The notes under the pieces were generated by a model. It had not been told where the DNA came from. It made no database searches and saw nothing but the letters and a program-made list of their open reading frames with translations. Of a stretch of 64,000 nucleotides of DNA, positions 1 through 11,505 are shown in pieces; the stretch's first letter is position 1; every line of letters starts with the position of its first letter. Origin of the DNA: Octopus sinensis (lineage: Eukaryota); NCBI RefSeq assembly GCF_006345805.1, contig NC_043016.1:26412001-26476000 (forward strand), in the 5' to 3' direction. A program made the position numbers and the translations under genes.

Positions 1-352
1 CAGTCTAGGGTCGATCAAAGCCTTGTGAGTGTATTTGGTAGACGGAAACCAAAAGAAGCCCGTCGTATGTATGTATGTATGTATGTATGTATGTATGTAT
101 GTATGTATGTATGTATGCATGCATGCATGTATGCATGCATACATACATACAGTATTTACCAAGTAAAATAAACTTGACAACCGATGTTGGTGTGTTTACA
201 TCCCCGTAACTCTAGCAGTTCGGCAAAAGAAACAGATATAATAACTACTAGGCTTACAGTGACTAAGTCCTGGCGTCGATTTGTTCGACTAAAGCAGTGC
301 TCCAGCATGGCCGCAGTCAAATGACTGAAACAAGTAAAAGAATAAAAGAATA
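1..352 (+). mobile_element. Composite SINE (head half + internal (TATG)n + tail half), 5' truncated by window edge
   Basis: ...gacggaaaccaaaagaagcccgtcg, then (TATG)n 66-117, then cttgacaaccgatg...ggccgcagtcaaatgactgaaacaagtaaaag tail. Same module order as 541-880. Confidence 0.8.
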
Positions 353-540
353 CCCGCATGACTGATACTAACGTTGTCAGTCACTAAAGATGGTATCATA
401 AAATGTCCACCCTAAGTGGAAAATTTGAACCTAGTGAGGACAAAATTAAATTACACAACACCAAAAATTTTAGAAAGCATCAGGTCGGGTGTGTGTTTGT
501 TTTTTTTGTTTTGTTTTTTTGTCGGTTGGTCTTCGTTATC

Positions 541-880
541 TTTCATCTTTTACTTGTTTCAGTCATTGAATTGCGACTAATGCTGGGGCATTGCCTTCAA
601 GGGTTTAGTCGAACAAATCGACCCTAGTACTTACTCAATTTTAAAACCTGGCATTTATTCTATAGGTCTTCTTTGCCGGACAGCTAAGCTACAGGGACGC
701 AAAACTAATCAACACCGTTTGTCAAGCAGTGTTGGGAGACAAACACAACACAAGTACAGACACACATACTTACATGCACATACATGCTATATGTGTACGA
801 CGAGTTTCTTCCAGTTTCTATCTACCAAATCCACTCACAAGGTTTTAGACGGCAAGAGACTCTAGTAGAAGACACCTTTT
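541..880 (-). mobile_element. Composite SINE, second copy, inverted relative to 1-352
   Basis: Tail half 541-760, short CA/TA spacer, then tacgacgagtttcttccagtttctatctaccaaatccactcacaagg...gtagaagacacct (reverse complement of the head half). Confidence 0.78.
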
Positions 881-1477
881 TGATTTCTTTTTTTTTCTCC
901 CTTCAGTATCTTCCAAAAATGATTGTCTCAATATTTATAAAAATTTCCGATCAATATTCTCACTCTCCAACCATTAGGCACAAAGCAAGCACAAACATAT
1001 CCACATACTGAAACAAACACAGGCATATATAGAGACACACATACGAAAACACACACACACAAACAACTCTAGGTACGTAAGGTCTGCATTCCAAAAGATT
1101 AGTCCCTTCCTAAGGAGAAGAGATTAGTTTTTGAAACGCGAGCCTTCATTTTTTTTTTCTTTCCAAGACGGCTGGGCATAGTTGGTATTTTTAGCAGGCC
1201 AGGTTGACTACGTAAAAGGCTTCCTCAATGATTGGAAGAAGAGCCATTTTGGTAAGGTCGACTCAATGAACAACGCGTCTCTTCTTTACATCTGTAGCGT
1301 TGTATGAATGTTGCTAATTATTTCTTCTGATGTTTAGGCTTGTCTCTTTGTGTTCTCAGCTTGAATCTCACCGAGACAAATTTTGCCTTTCATTACTATG
1401 GTTTCAATAAAATAAATACCTGTGAAATACTGACCTTGTTTTAATCCAGTACTCCCCCCCCACACGCACACACAACT

Positions 1478-1625
1478 CGGTAAGTTGGTCGATTGCTAAA
1501 GCCATTTACACAACACAAGAATGCTTTTGCGGTATTCGTTCCAACACTCTTCTCTCTAAGTTCAAATCCTACCGACTTCAACTTGGCCATTCATCTTTTT
1601 GGGGTCGATAAATAAAGTGTTAATG
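1478..1625 (+). mobile_element. SINE fragment with conserved central domain (family 'Y')
   Basis: ttcatctttttggggtcgataaataaagt matches the ttcatcctttcggggtcgataaaataagtaccag core seen in more than 10 other copies in the window. Confidence 0.6.
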
Positions 1626-1660
1626 AAATACTGGTGTCGATTTACCCTTCACTTTCAGTG

Positions 1661-1708
<48 letters not shown>

Positions 1709-1898
1709 TCTCTCGCTCTCCCGCCCTTTCTGTGATGTAAAAGCTGCTTTTTGAATCCCTTCAGGATGAGCTCAATACTGTATTTCTCAACAAGGGGGAC
1801 TGGCATCACAGTAAGGGGTACTGGCATCCCTTTCCCCTGCATTATATTTTTAGCACCCTGCTAAAACTTAATGTATGGGTTGCTGGGGAGGTGCTAGG

Positions 1899-2002
1899 AC
1901 AATTCTTCCCCGGTTATTTCGTCGTCGGTTAATTTGTCCCCGGTCAATTCGTCGTCGATCAATTAATCCCTAGGTCATTTCGTCGCTGGTTAAATTCGTC
2001 CC
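1899..2002. repeat. Short tandem ~15-bp units (ggtyaattcgtcgtc-like), probable DNA-transposon subterminal repeats
   Basis: About 7 degenerate units such as ggacaattcttcccc, ggttatttcgtcgtc and ggtcaattcgtcgtc, 200 bp upstream of a FLYWCH remnant. Confidence 0.6.
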
Positions 2003-2209
2003 GAAATACTCTTAAATGTGATTTTTGAGGGAAGGTTTAGAACAATCATTTTAGAATTAAAATTGTTGTGGAACATTTTTAGATATATTTTCTTTCTTTA
2101 ACCTCTTCCCCCCCTCTCTCTCTCTCTCTTACTAAGTATCTTCACAGAACAGTTTACGAACAAAGATTTTCAAGCAAATTGAACTAAATTTATTCAATAC
2201 GCTATCAAC

Positions 2210-2432
2210 ATGACTACCTGCAAGATCATAACTTCAGAGAAAGGAAAAATCAAAGTAGTCGATCAAGAAAATTATATATATACACACAAAAAATAAGTAG
2301 AATGCAGATGGATTGAAGATATACTGGGGATGCGAAAATAGTGTGTGTGCAAGGCGAGAATTCATACAGATGAAAATAATAAAAGAGCTAAAGAAGATTG
2401 AGATCCATAATCACGCTTCAATTGCAGAATGA
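2210..2432 (+). pseudogene. Mutator-like (MULE) transposase N-terminal FLYWCH zinc-finger remnant
   Basis: With frameshifts reads MTTCKIITSEKGKIKVVDQENYIY...DGLKIYWGCE..CKARIHTDEN...HNH, matching the Y..W.C..C..HxH FLYWCH pattern. Confidence 0.6.
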
Positions 2433-3632
2433 GAGACCTGATAATATAATTATGGATTTCGAAAGAGCAGCCCATAACGGATTTCTGGAATCGTTTCCTG
2501 GGTCAAATTTGGCATGGTGGTGGTGGTGGTGGTGATGGTCCTGGTGCGGGTGCTGGTGGGTTAGTATTTTAATATGTTAGATTGAAATTGGGTAGAGGCA
2601 TGTCATAAATGGTAGGGTGCCACACCAAGTGTGTCATCTGACATGCAAGAAATATCAACTAAACTCCACAGGGCATCTGGTGCCTTGTGAAGTTTAGTTT
2701 CATATTTCGATGTTTTGAATTCAAATATTACCAAGAATGGTCTTGAATTCCATTTCCCTCTAGATCGATAAAATAAGCACCAGTTTATATATTCAACGGA
2801 ACTTTAGAATTCAAGATGATAAACATGTTCGTGGGTGTCGGAGTAGATTCTGTGCTGCCAGAAAATAGGTTCCGGCCTAGAATAAATAAATCAGCGATCC
2901 AGATTTAATCTAACCTTTGCTCCAATTGACAATAAGAACAATGTTACGTTACACCCCCACCCCCCAAATCCTGTTCCCCTGAATAAAAATAAATAAAAAT
3001 AAAAGGAAAGGCAGGAAGAAATGAAACCAATGTTATACTTACTGTCAGTGCTTATTCAACAGGGTATATACTTCCGGTGAATCGTTTTGACAATGCGGTT
3101 TTAATTTCCTGCTGACACAGCTCTCCACCCCCATTTCATTTATATCTCTAATGACATCTGGAAAAAGGTAAAACGTGATAGCGGTCATATAATCGCTTCA
3201 CTTACCAGTGGCTAAATATAGTCACGATAACAGACCTCCCTCCCACTGTTGCCACCGTCACCGCCACCGCTTCTGATGTTGTTTAGCTAAATTTTGTAAC
3301 GAAATTATATTGAACCTCCATACATAACCAGCTACGTTTTCTACTAACTGATAACGCATAACTATAATCAAAAGTATGCCTTTGTTTTTATTCATAGTAT
3401 GCCTAGGGCTAATCCAATGTGTCAAAGCGTGATTTAGAAGAAATTTGGTTTCTATTCTCGTACGTTGAGCGTTTGTGGGAAGCAACATTTCTTACTCTAG
3501 ACGATGGCGCCCCTGACTGGGGTTTGTGAGCTCACATGGGGTAATAAACCTCCAGAGAGCGCTGAAAGTTTAGAGGAGGTCGTGATTTTTCGTAGAAATA
3601 AAGCACTTAACCTAGATATAATACTTATATCG

Positions 3633-3822
3633 TTTAACTCAGCATTTAAACTGGCAATATCCAGCTCAGACATTTTGTGTTCAAACCAGCCAGATCCGGG
3701 TTCTCAGACTTAAACTACAACGTCGTTCTAAAGATAAATATAACCGAAATTCTGAAGCTGCGAGAAAATGCATTATTAATTCACAACTACGAATAAATAA
3801 GCATTACATTTGTCAGAGTAAA
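3633..3822. mobile_element. Probable short non-autonomous DNA element (piggyBac-like TTAA start), degenerate
   Basis: Begins ttaactcagcatttaaactggc; resembles a short cephalopod repeat from memory. Right end not confirmed. Confidence 0.35.
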
Positions 3823-4345
3823 CACATTTTTTTTTCAATATCTTTGGTAGCAATTAAAATGTGAGGAGTAGGACATTGTGTTATCGATGAGTGAAATATG
3901 GATGATGATATACCCTGGTCCAACAACACAATTTCGTTATATAAGTCCTCACTTCAGTAATTTCAGTAAAAATGTAACATAAGAAGCTCATGTTGGGTGG
4001 GACGTTACAAGAAAATGTGTTTAATAAACCACAACTGAGTTTTTATTAAAATAATAATTAATTGATTAATTAATTCGTGTATTTTGCAATGCATAAAGGA
4101 AAAAGCATATTACAAACGCCTGTTTCTCGTGTCTTGCAAATTAAAAAAGTTTCTCTATGGTCTATAGAAGCTTATATGCAATAGAAAACGTTTTAAAAAG
4201 TCTGTTTAATTTATAAATCTACGTAATCTGCATACTGATAACCACAATGAAAGACCCATGATTACGATTCATTAAAATTATATTTAACGGGAATTTATTT
4301 AACAGCACTTTCATCAGGAAGTAAAGCACTTGCAAATATTAATCA

Positions 4346-4738
4346 CTAGCAGTATCGCCCGGCATTGCTAGGGTTTGTTTCGACCCTTTAGAATTGGAAT
4401 TTTTGAAAAGTAAAAATTGTGCATACCGTAGCTTGCTATTCTCTTTAAGTGAACATTTTTCTGGTTGAAATACACCGAAAAATGGCGACACAGCAGTCAA
4501 AAAATCGTAAAAAATAGGGATTTTCATAGAAAAAAAAGCACTTTTTTTATGTAAATAATTTTTGGTGTTAACATGGTCCGATTTGAATTTTTTCTTCTAC
4601 AGAAGGAAGAGCAAGCCTTCCTCTATAATACTCTCAGTTTTGGCCAACTTGCGCCGCAGGGTCTCGGAGGAGATAGTGTTAGTTGAAGGCTACCAAACCT
4701 GCCACCCGCAGACAGCTTCAGCTTTATATATAGAGAGA
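4346..4738 (-). mobile_element. Non-autonomous Helitron
   Basis: On minus: A|TCTCTCTATATATAAAG... ending ccctagcaatgccggg (hairpin) cgatactgCTAG|T. Canonical TC...hairpin-CTAG in an AT target; 3' end nearly identical to the 23.2-24.0 kb copies. Confidence 0.85.
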
Positions 4739-4997
4739 TTTACAATTATGTACTTTGATGGAAATCACACGTACAGTAGCTATTTCACTTCTTTATCTGT
4801 TTTTGCTTATGTCTATTTGTAGGAAAATGAAACTGTTTCGTCCCTAACAACGAATTTTTTACAGTGTGATCATGGAAACAGAGGTTATATTAGATTTAGA
4901 GATGGTAAGAAACTGACAAACCGCTGTAACGGATGTCTGACGACTTAGTGATGGAATTTGAGCAAAAGAAAAGCAAGAAATAAATGCTTTTCAACGC

Positions 4998-5258
4998 CTT
5001 TATTTTCTTTTACTTGTTTCAATCTTTGGATTGCGACCATACAGGGGCCCGAATTGAAGTATTTAGCCAAACAGATCGACTCCAGTATTTATTTTTGTAA
5101 AAATTTGTTATTCATTTACAAAAATAAATACTGGAGTCGATCTGTTTGACTAAATACTTCAATGGATGAAAATGAACATATGTTACAGGGACGCCGAGTT
5201 ACAGGGACAAAAAAAATCAGCACCGGTTGTCAAGTGGCAGGAGTGACAAACATAGACG
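4998..5258 (-). mobile_element. Composite-SINE tail half with internal fold-back
   Basis: ttttacttgtttcaatc...accggttgtcaagtggcaggagtgacaaac; interrupted by the 5053-5163 inverted repeat. Confidence 0.7.
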
Positions 5259-5260
5259 CA

Positions 5261-5306
5261 TGTACATACATACATACATGCATACATACACACATACATA
5301 CATACA

Positions 5307-5338
<32 letters not shown>

Positions 5339-6712
5339 CATACATACATACATACACATACATACATACATACATACATACATACATACATACACACACA
5401 CACATACATACATACATACATGCATACATACATACATACATACATACATACATACATACATACATACATACATACACACATATACATACATACATACATA
5501 CATACATACATACATACATACATACATACATACACACATATACACACATACATACATACATACATACATACATACATACATACACACATATACATACATA
5601 CATACACACATATACATACATACATACATACATACATACATACATACATACATACATACATACATACATACACACATATACATACATACATACAAACATA
5701 CATACATACATACATACATACATACAAACATACATACATACATACATATACATACATACATACACACATATACATACATACATACATACATACATACACA
5801 TACATACATACATACACATACATACATACATACATACACACATATACATACATACATACATACATACATACATACATACATACATACATACATACATACA
5901 TACACACATATACATACATACATACATACATACATACATACACATAAATACATACATACATACACATACATACATACATACATACATACATACATACACA
6001 CATATACATACATACATACATACATACATACATACATACATACATACATACATACATACATACAAACCTACATACATACATACATACATACATACATACA
6101 TACATACATACACACATACATACATACATACCTACATACATACATACATACATACATACATACATACATACATACATACATACATACAAACACACATACA
6201 TACATACAAACCTACATACATACATACATACATACATACATACATACATACATACATACACACATATACATACATACATACAAACATACATACATACATA
6301 CATACATACATACAAACATACATACATACATACATATACATACATACATACACACATATACATACATACATAGATACATACACATACATACATACATACA
6401 TACACATACATACATACATACATACACACATATACATACATACATACATACATACATACATACATACATACACACATATACATACATACATACATACATA
6501 CATACATACATACATACATACACATACATACATACATACATACATACACATACATACATACATACATACATACATACATACACACATATACATACATACA
6601 TACATACATACATACATACATACATACATACATACATACACACATATACATACATACATACATACATACATACATACATACATACATACATACATACAAA
6701 CACACACACACA
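5261..6712. repeat. ~1.45-kb (CATA)n/(TATG)n microsatellite array with variant units
   Basis: Direct reading; variants CACATATA, CAAA, CCTA. Explains the long HTYI/MYVC ORFs. Confidence 0.98.
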
Positions 6713-7066
6713 TACACAGAGGCATACATTCACTCATACACACACATATACATACACATACCAGGCTGAGCCAAAAGTTTTTCGGATTTTCACTTATGAT
6801 ATTTGACAACTTGTATTTCCATGTTATATCATTATTTTGATACAACTTGTTGTCCAAGGGTTGGTAACTGAATTGTTTATTCTTCATTTTCGTATATAAC
6901 ATATAAACATGAATAGACTCCGCTCAAAACATTCACCGGAACAGATTAATTCATTTTTATCCATGCCCTGAGTCTCCTCCAGAACGAATTTCCACTCACA
7001 AAACAACTCGGAGGTGTATGTAGTAGGTGATGCTGTAGAAATCTGTCTGACACTATCAAATGTTTA

Positions 7067-7124
7067 ATATAATAATAATAATAATAATGATGATGATAAT
7101 AATAATATAATAATAATAATGATG

Positions 7125-7194
<70 letters not shown>

Positions 7195-7224
7195 AAATAA
7201 TGAAAATAATAATAATAATAATAA

Positions 7225-7261
<37 letters not shown>

Positions 7262-7309
7262 TAATAATGATAATAATAATAATAATGATGATAATATATA
7301 ATAATAATA
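7067..7309. repeat. (AAT)n microsatellite with GAT variants
   Basis: Direct reading. Confidence 0.97.
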
Positions 7310-7854
7310 AATGCCCTGATGCAGTACCAGGCAGTGGCTCTCATGGCTTCTGATCATAACTGATTGGAAGTGTTATCATGTACATTGTTTTGTCTTGGGC
7401 TACAGCAAATATTCTGCTCAATACCACAGATTTGCTTGTCAGTTGTTTGACCTTAACCACTTGAGCATGTCCCTTAGTGGCTGACGATATGTGCATCTCT
7501 GATCACGAGCAGAAGTAGTGGGGGAGCATCATAGCCATGTGTTGAGAGGGATTCTTTGGGGTTTGAATAATTCACCTCTGGAAACATGGGTGGTTCTTTC
7601 AACATCCTTAAACAACCCTTATTCAGCGACCTTTTGAGCGGGATGGGCTCCTCAACCTGAAGAAAATTCTAACTGGGCCCCACCTGCAAGGTCATGTGCA
7701 GTTTATCTTGATATGAGATCACCATGTCGTGCACATATGGTTGTGATGCATGTGCCTGGTGTACCCTTATCAGACGGGTAGTCATGATGGGTATATTGGG
7801 CTTCGTATATTTTACCCCAGTGTCACTTTGATGGCATGCACTGCTCTCTCACTC
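7310..7854 (+). mobile_element. ~550-bp non-coding interspersed element embedded in (AAT)n
   Basis: Highly similar along its length to the reverse complement of 33806-34368; both ends abut trinucleotide tracts. Confidence 0.85.
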
Positions 7855-7891
7855 AATAATAATAATAATAATAATGATGATAATAATAATG

Positions 7892-7922
<31 letters not shown>

Positions 7923-7939
7923 TGATAATAATAATAATG

Positions 7940-7975
<36 letters not shown>

Positions 7976-7978
7976 GTA

Positions 7979-8029
<51 letters not shown>

Positions 8030-8510
8030 GTAATAGTAATAATAATAATAATAACAATAATAATAACAACAACAACAACAACAACAATAATAATAATAAT
8101 AACAATAACAACAACAACAACAACAGCAGCAACAGCTACAACAATAATATTAACAACAACAATATTAATAATAATAAAACAATAATAATAATATTTAAAA
8201 AATAATAATAATAATAATAATAATATAATAATAGTAATAGTAATAATAATAATAATAATAACAATAATAATAACAACAACAACAACAACAACAACAATAA
8301 TAATAATAACAATAACAACAACAACAGCAACAGCAACAGCAACGACAACAACAATGATATTAACAACAACAATATTAATAATAATAAAAACAATAATAAT
8401 AATAATAAAATAATAATTATAATAATAATAATAATAATGATGATGATGATGATGATGATGATGAAGATGATGATGATGACGATGATGATGATGATTGTGA
8501 TGATAATAAT
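7855..8510. repeat. Compound (AAT)/(AAC)/(GAT)n microsatellite with an internal ~200-bp duplication
   Basis: Block ...caacagc...atattaacaacaacaatattaataataataaaac occurs near 8120-8185 and again near 8325-8395. Confidence 0.95.
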
Positions 8511-8584
8511 AGCGACTTCACTTATGAAGTACAGATGACAAATTAATTTATTTGCTCATTAATACAGAAACTCGAGTTTGGGGA

Positions 8585-8693
<109 letters not shown>

Positions 8694-8820
8694 TATATAA
8701 TTCTTAATAGAATTCGTGATAAAAATCACGTTAATGATTATATCGAGTGGCCAGTATGAAATGAAACCTTGTATATATACTAAATTAATAATCATACATA
8801 CAATTGTATAATTACATTAA

Positions 8821-8972
8821 AGGGATCAAGAAAGAACCTTCTCCGACATGCCTAAAGAAGATGCCAAAGGTGCTAAAAAAACCCACTGTATAACTCTTAC
8901 AAAACACAATCGATTTTCAGCGCCTTTGGTGTCTTCTTTAGGCATGTTGGAGGAGGATCTTTCCAGATCCTT
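8821..8972. mobile_element. Palindromic MITE with TTAA TSD (Kolobok/T2-like)
   Basis: TTAA|AGGGATC...GATCCTT|TTAA (TTAA at 8817-8820 and 8973-8976); ~60-bp imperfect inverted arms. Confidence 0.75.
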
Positions 8973-8989
8973 TTAATATAATTATATAT

Positions 8990-9205
8990 TTAGATTCTTT
9001 TATTTGTTTCTGTCATTTGACTGCGGCCATGCTGGAGCACTGCCTTTAGTCGAGCAAATCGACCCCCAGGACTTATTCTTTGTAAGCTTAGTACTTATTT
9101 TATCGTTCTCTTTTTGCCGAACCGCTAAGTTACGGGGACGTAAACACTCCAACATCGGTTGTCAAGTGATGGTGGCGGGGACAAACGCAGATACACAACC
9201 ATATA
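8990..9205 (-). mobile_element. Composite-SINE tail half, CpG-intact
   Basis: ttgactgcggccatgctggagcactgcctttagtcgagcaaatcgacc...catcggttgtcaag. Confidence 0.85.
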
Positions 9206-9325
9206 CATGTATATATATATATATATAACGGGAAGCTTTATGAAAATAAACAAAAGACGAAGGCAGGTGGAAGACAAACGAACAATTGTATTAGTATGGC
9301 GCTCAGGAAATATAAATAAAACAAG

Positions 9326-9363
9326 TCTTTAACGTTTCGAGCCTACGCTCTTCAACAGAAAGA
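9326..9363 (-). ncRNA. Type I minimal hammerhead ribozyme motif (core substitution) in ~200-bp Penelope-like repeat 9227-9432
   Basis: UCUUU CUGUUGA A GAGC-GUAG-GCUC GAAAC GUU AAAGA: 5-bp stem I, 4-bp stem II, palindromic AACGUU stem III; A6 replaced by U. Confidence 0.7.
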
Positions 9364-9477
9364 TACACAGAGAGAGAAAAACACAGAAAGAAGGAGAGAA
9401 AAAAAATGCGTGCAGTAGCTAACGAATCAACAATATATATGTGTGTGTGTGTCGGTGTGTGTGTGTGTGTGTGTGTC

Positions 9478-9510
<33 letters not shown>

Positions 9511-9789
9511 ATATAAAATTGATATGAGCGATTCTTTCTTGTCTTGGGATTCACGGTCAAACGGCTGGTGGAATTGCGCGTAAAATACACAGATGTGTAG
9601 AATAATCTGGTGGCGATACTGGGATTTGTATTTTTTTCATAGCTCCCAGGGTTACCGAGATAATCTACTATAATAATACTCTTATGTTTATGAATAAGAA
9701 AGGAAGGGCTGATAGATGAATAAGGAAGAAAGGGGTGCTGTCATAATGAGGCACCACCGTTGGCTGTGTGGCACTTTCATAATTTAAAA

Positions 9790-10118
9790 CCTTCTCTGAA
9801 GTGAGTTATTTGGTGAATGAGGGATTTTGATGCTACTGACCACACCTGCATTTGCTGCCGTGAGGCAGGTTCATCTGAAATCCGTAACAGGCGGAGATCC
9901 AACTTCGTTTGAAGACACCTACATCGACACCATGCAACTCTCTTTTGGAAGGATACTGAAGAGCTGCGGGCCCGTGATTGCAATTTACCACGACCAGTGT
10001 ATCCTGTCTGCATGTTGTACAGCTTTGTGTGATGGGCTTGAAATTTTCTGCATTAAACTGTATGTTGTTGCCCTCAGCCCACCTGTATATTGCATCTAAC
10101 TCCTGTTGCAGAAGGGAG
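9790..10118 (-). mobile_element. CR1/L2-group LINE 3' fragment, internally deleted
   Basis: LQQELDAIYRWAEGNNIQFNAENF (post-RT motif) and ELHGVDVGVFKR / LRISDEP near the 3' end; frameshifted. Confidence 0.7.
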
Positions 10119-10157
10119 ATATATGTAATGTAATATAATATATATATATAGAGATAT

Positions 10158-10324
10158 GTAGGCGCAGGATTGACTGTGTGGTAAGTAACTTGCTTATCAA
10201 CCACAAGGTTCTGGGTTCAGTTCCACTGCGTGACACCTTGGGCAAGTGTCTTCTACTATAGCCTCGGGCCGACCAAAGCTTTGTGAGTGGATTTAGTAGA
10301 CGGAAACTGAAAGAAGCTCGTCGT
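10158..10324 (+). mobile_element. tRNA-derived SINE head half
   Basis: A-box-like tgtgtggtaag, B-box-like gggttcagttcc, CORE-like tgacaccttgggcaagtgtc; ends gaagctcgtcg followed by TA/CATA microsatellite. Confidence 0.8.
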
Positions 10325-10836
10325 ATATATATAGACATACATACATACATACATATATATATATATAAAATTGGGGGGGGGGCATATGTATATTCATTTT
10401 TGGTATATGTGTGTGTGTATGCGTATATAAACATGTGCGGGTATGTACATATATGGGAGTGTGTGTATGAGTGCATAAGGGCATGTCCGTATATGAACGT
10501 GGTTTTTATGCTTTGTATACTCCCTTACGTTTTTTTCTGTTACCTTTAACCATGGTTTTTCTTGTGCTTGTGCGTATATAGACGTATGTATGAACTTTTA
10601 CGGTACGCATGTGTGTGTGTATGAGTTTGTATATATATGCGTATATATTTGGCGAAAAATGCGAGTGAAGATGTGTACGTTTTCATAGTGACGTATAAGT
10701 ACGCACGTGGGTTCGCGAGCGCACATGTGAGCGTATGACTAGACTATGAAATTTTAATCTTATTTTATATTAAGTAGCAGAATTATAACACAGTAATTTC
10801 CCTTTTTATTTTTTCATAGCGTTTTTTCAGATGGCC

Positions 10837-10899
10837 AGATAACCGAAGAGATGGTGTTGTGGATTTCCACTTCGGCATCTGAAACTCAGAGTTTTTTCT
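10837..10899 (+). ncRNA. Type I hammerhead motif with CCGAAGA core in Penelope-like repeat ~10745-11003
   Basis: AGAUAA CCGAAGA GAUG...CAUC U GAAACUC-A-GAGU U UUUUCU; stem I pairs 5/6. The GAAACTCAGAGT 12-mer is identical to the 22138-22183 copy. Confidence 0.6.
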
Positions 10900-11007
10900 T
10901 GACTATTGAGTAATTGTAACATATTATTTTATAGATAAATTTCCTCTATTTACATAATATTGAGGTCTCTTTCTTTCTTTTGTTATCTTACCGTTTTTAC
11001 CAATATA

Positions 11008-11051
<44 letters not shown>

Positions 11052-11054
<3 letters not shown>

Positions 11055-11190
11055 GGTTTAGAAAACCTGAAAGACCTCTGCTATGATTGTGTGTGAATCT
11101 GAGAGAGGAATATGTTGAATAAAATCATATTTAACTGATCCTCCTGTATTTTCTTTTATCCAAAGCCAGGAACTTTTAAGCACCACGTAA
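11052..11190 (-). mobile_element. mariner-type MITE fragment (one TIR)
   Basis: ccaaagccaggaacttttaagcaccacgTA is the reverse complement of a TACG..GTGCT.AAAAGTTCCTGGCTT mariner-like terminus. Confidence 0.55.
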
Positions 11191-11224
11191 ATACATACGT
11201 ACAACACACACACACACACACACA

Positions 11225-11315
<91 letters not shown>

Positions 11316-11428
11316 TATATTTGTGTGTCCGTGCGTTTGTGTGTGCGCGCGCGCACGTGTGTACATGCATATGGAGGTATACATACAAATATATATAATA
11401 TATATATATTATATATATATATATATAG

Positions 11429-11500
<72 letters not shown>
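11191..11500. repeat. (CA)/(TA)/(GA) microsatellite cluster
   Basis: Direct reading. Confidence 0.95.

Positions 11501-11505
<5 letters not shown>

Noticed and set aside
1899-2002. CRISPR-like array
   Set aside because: Eukaryotic context, degenerate adjacent units, no unique spacers and no cas genes.
5162-6902. Long ORFs up to 537 aa (HTYI/MYVC repeats)
   Set aside because: Stop-poor translations of (CATA)n on both strands; the same artefact appears at 24.6, 41.2 and 53 kb.
6761-7050. Tc1/mariner element starting TA|CCAGGCTGAGCCAAAAGT
   Set aside because: Only a weak resemblance to one terminus; no matching right TIR found.
7750-8393. Poly-Asn, poly-Ile and poly-Leu ORFs
   Set aside because: Translations of (AAT/AAC)n tracts.
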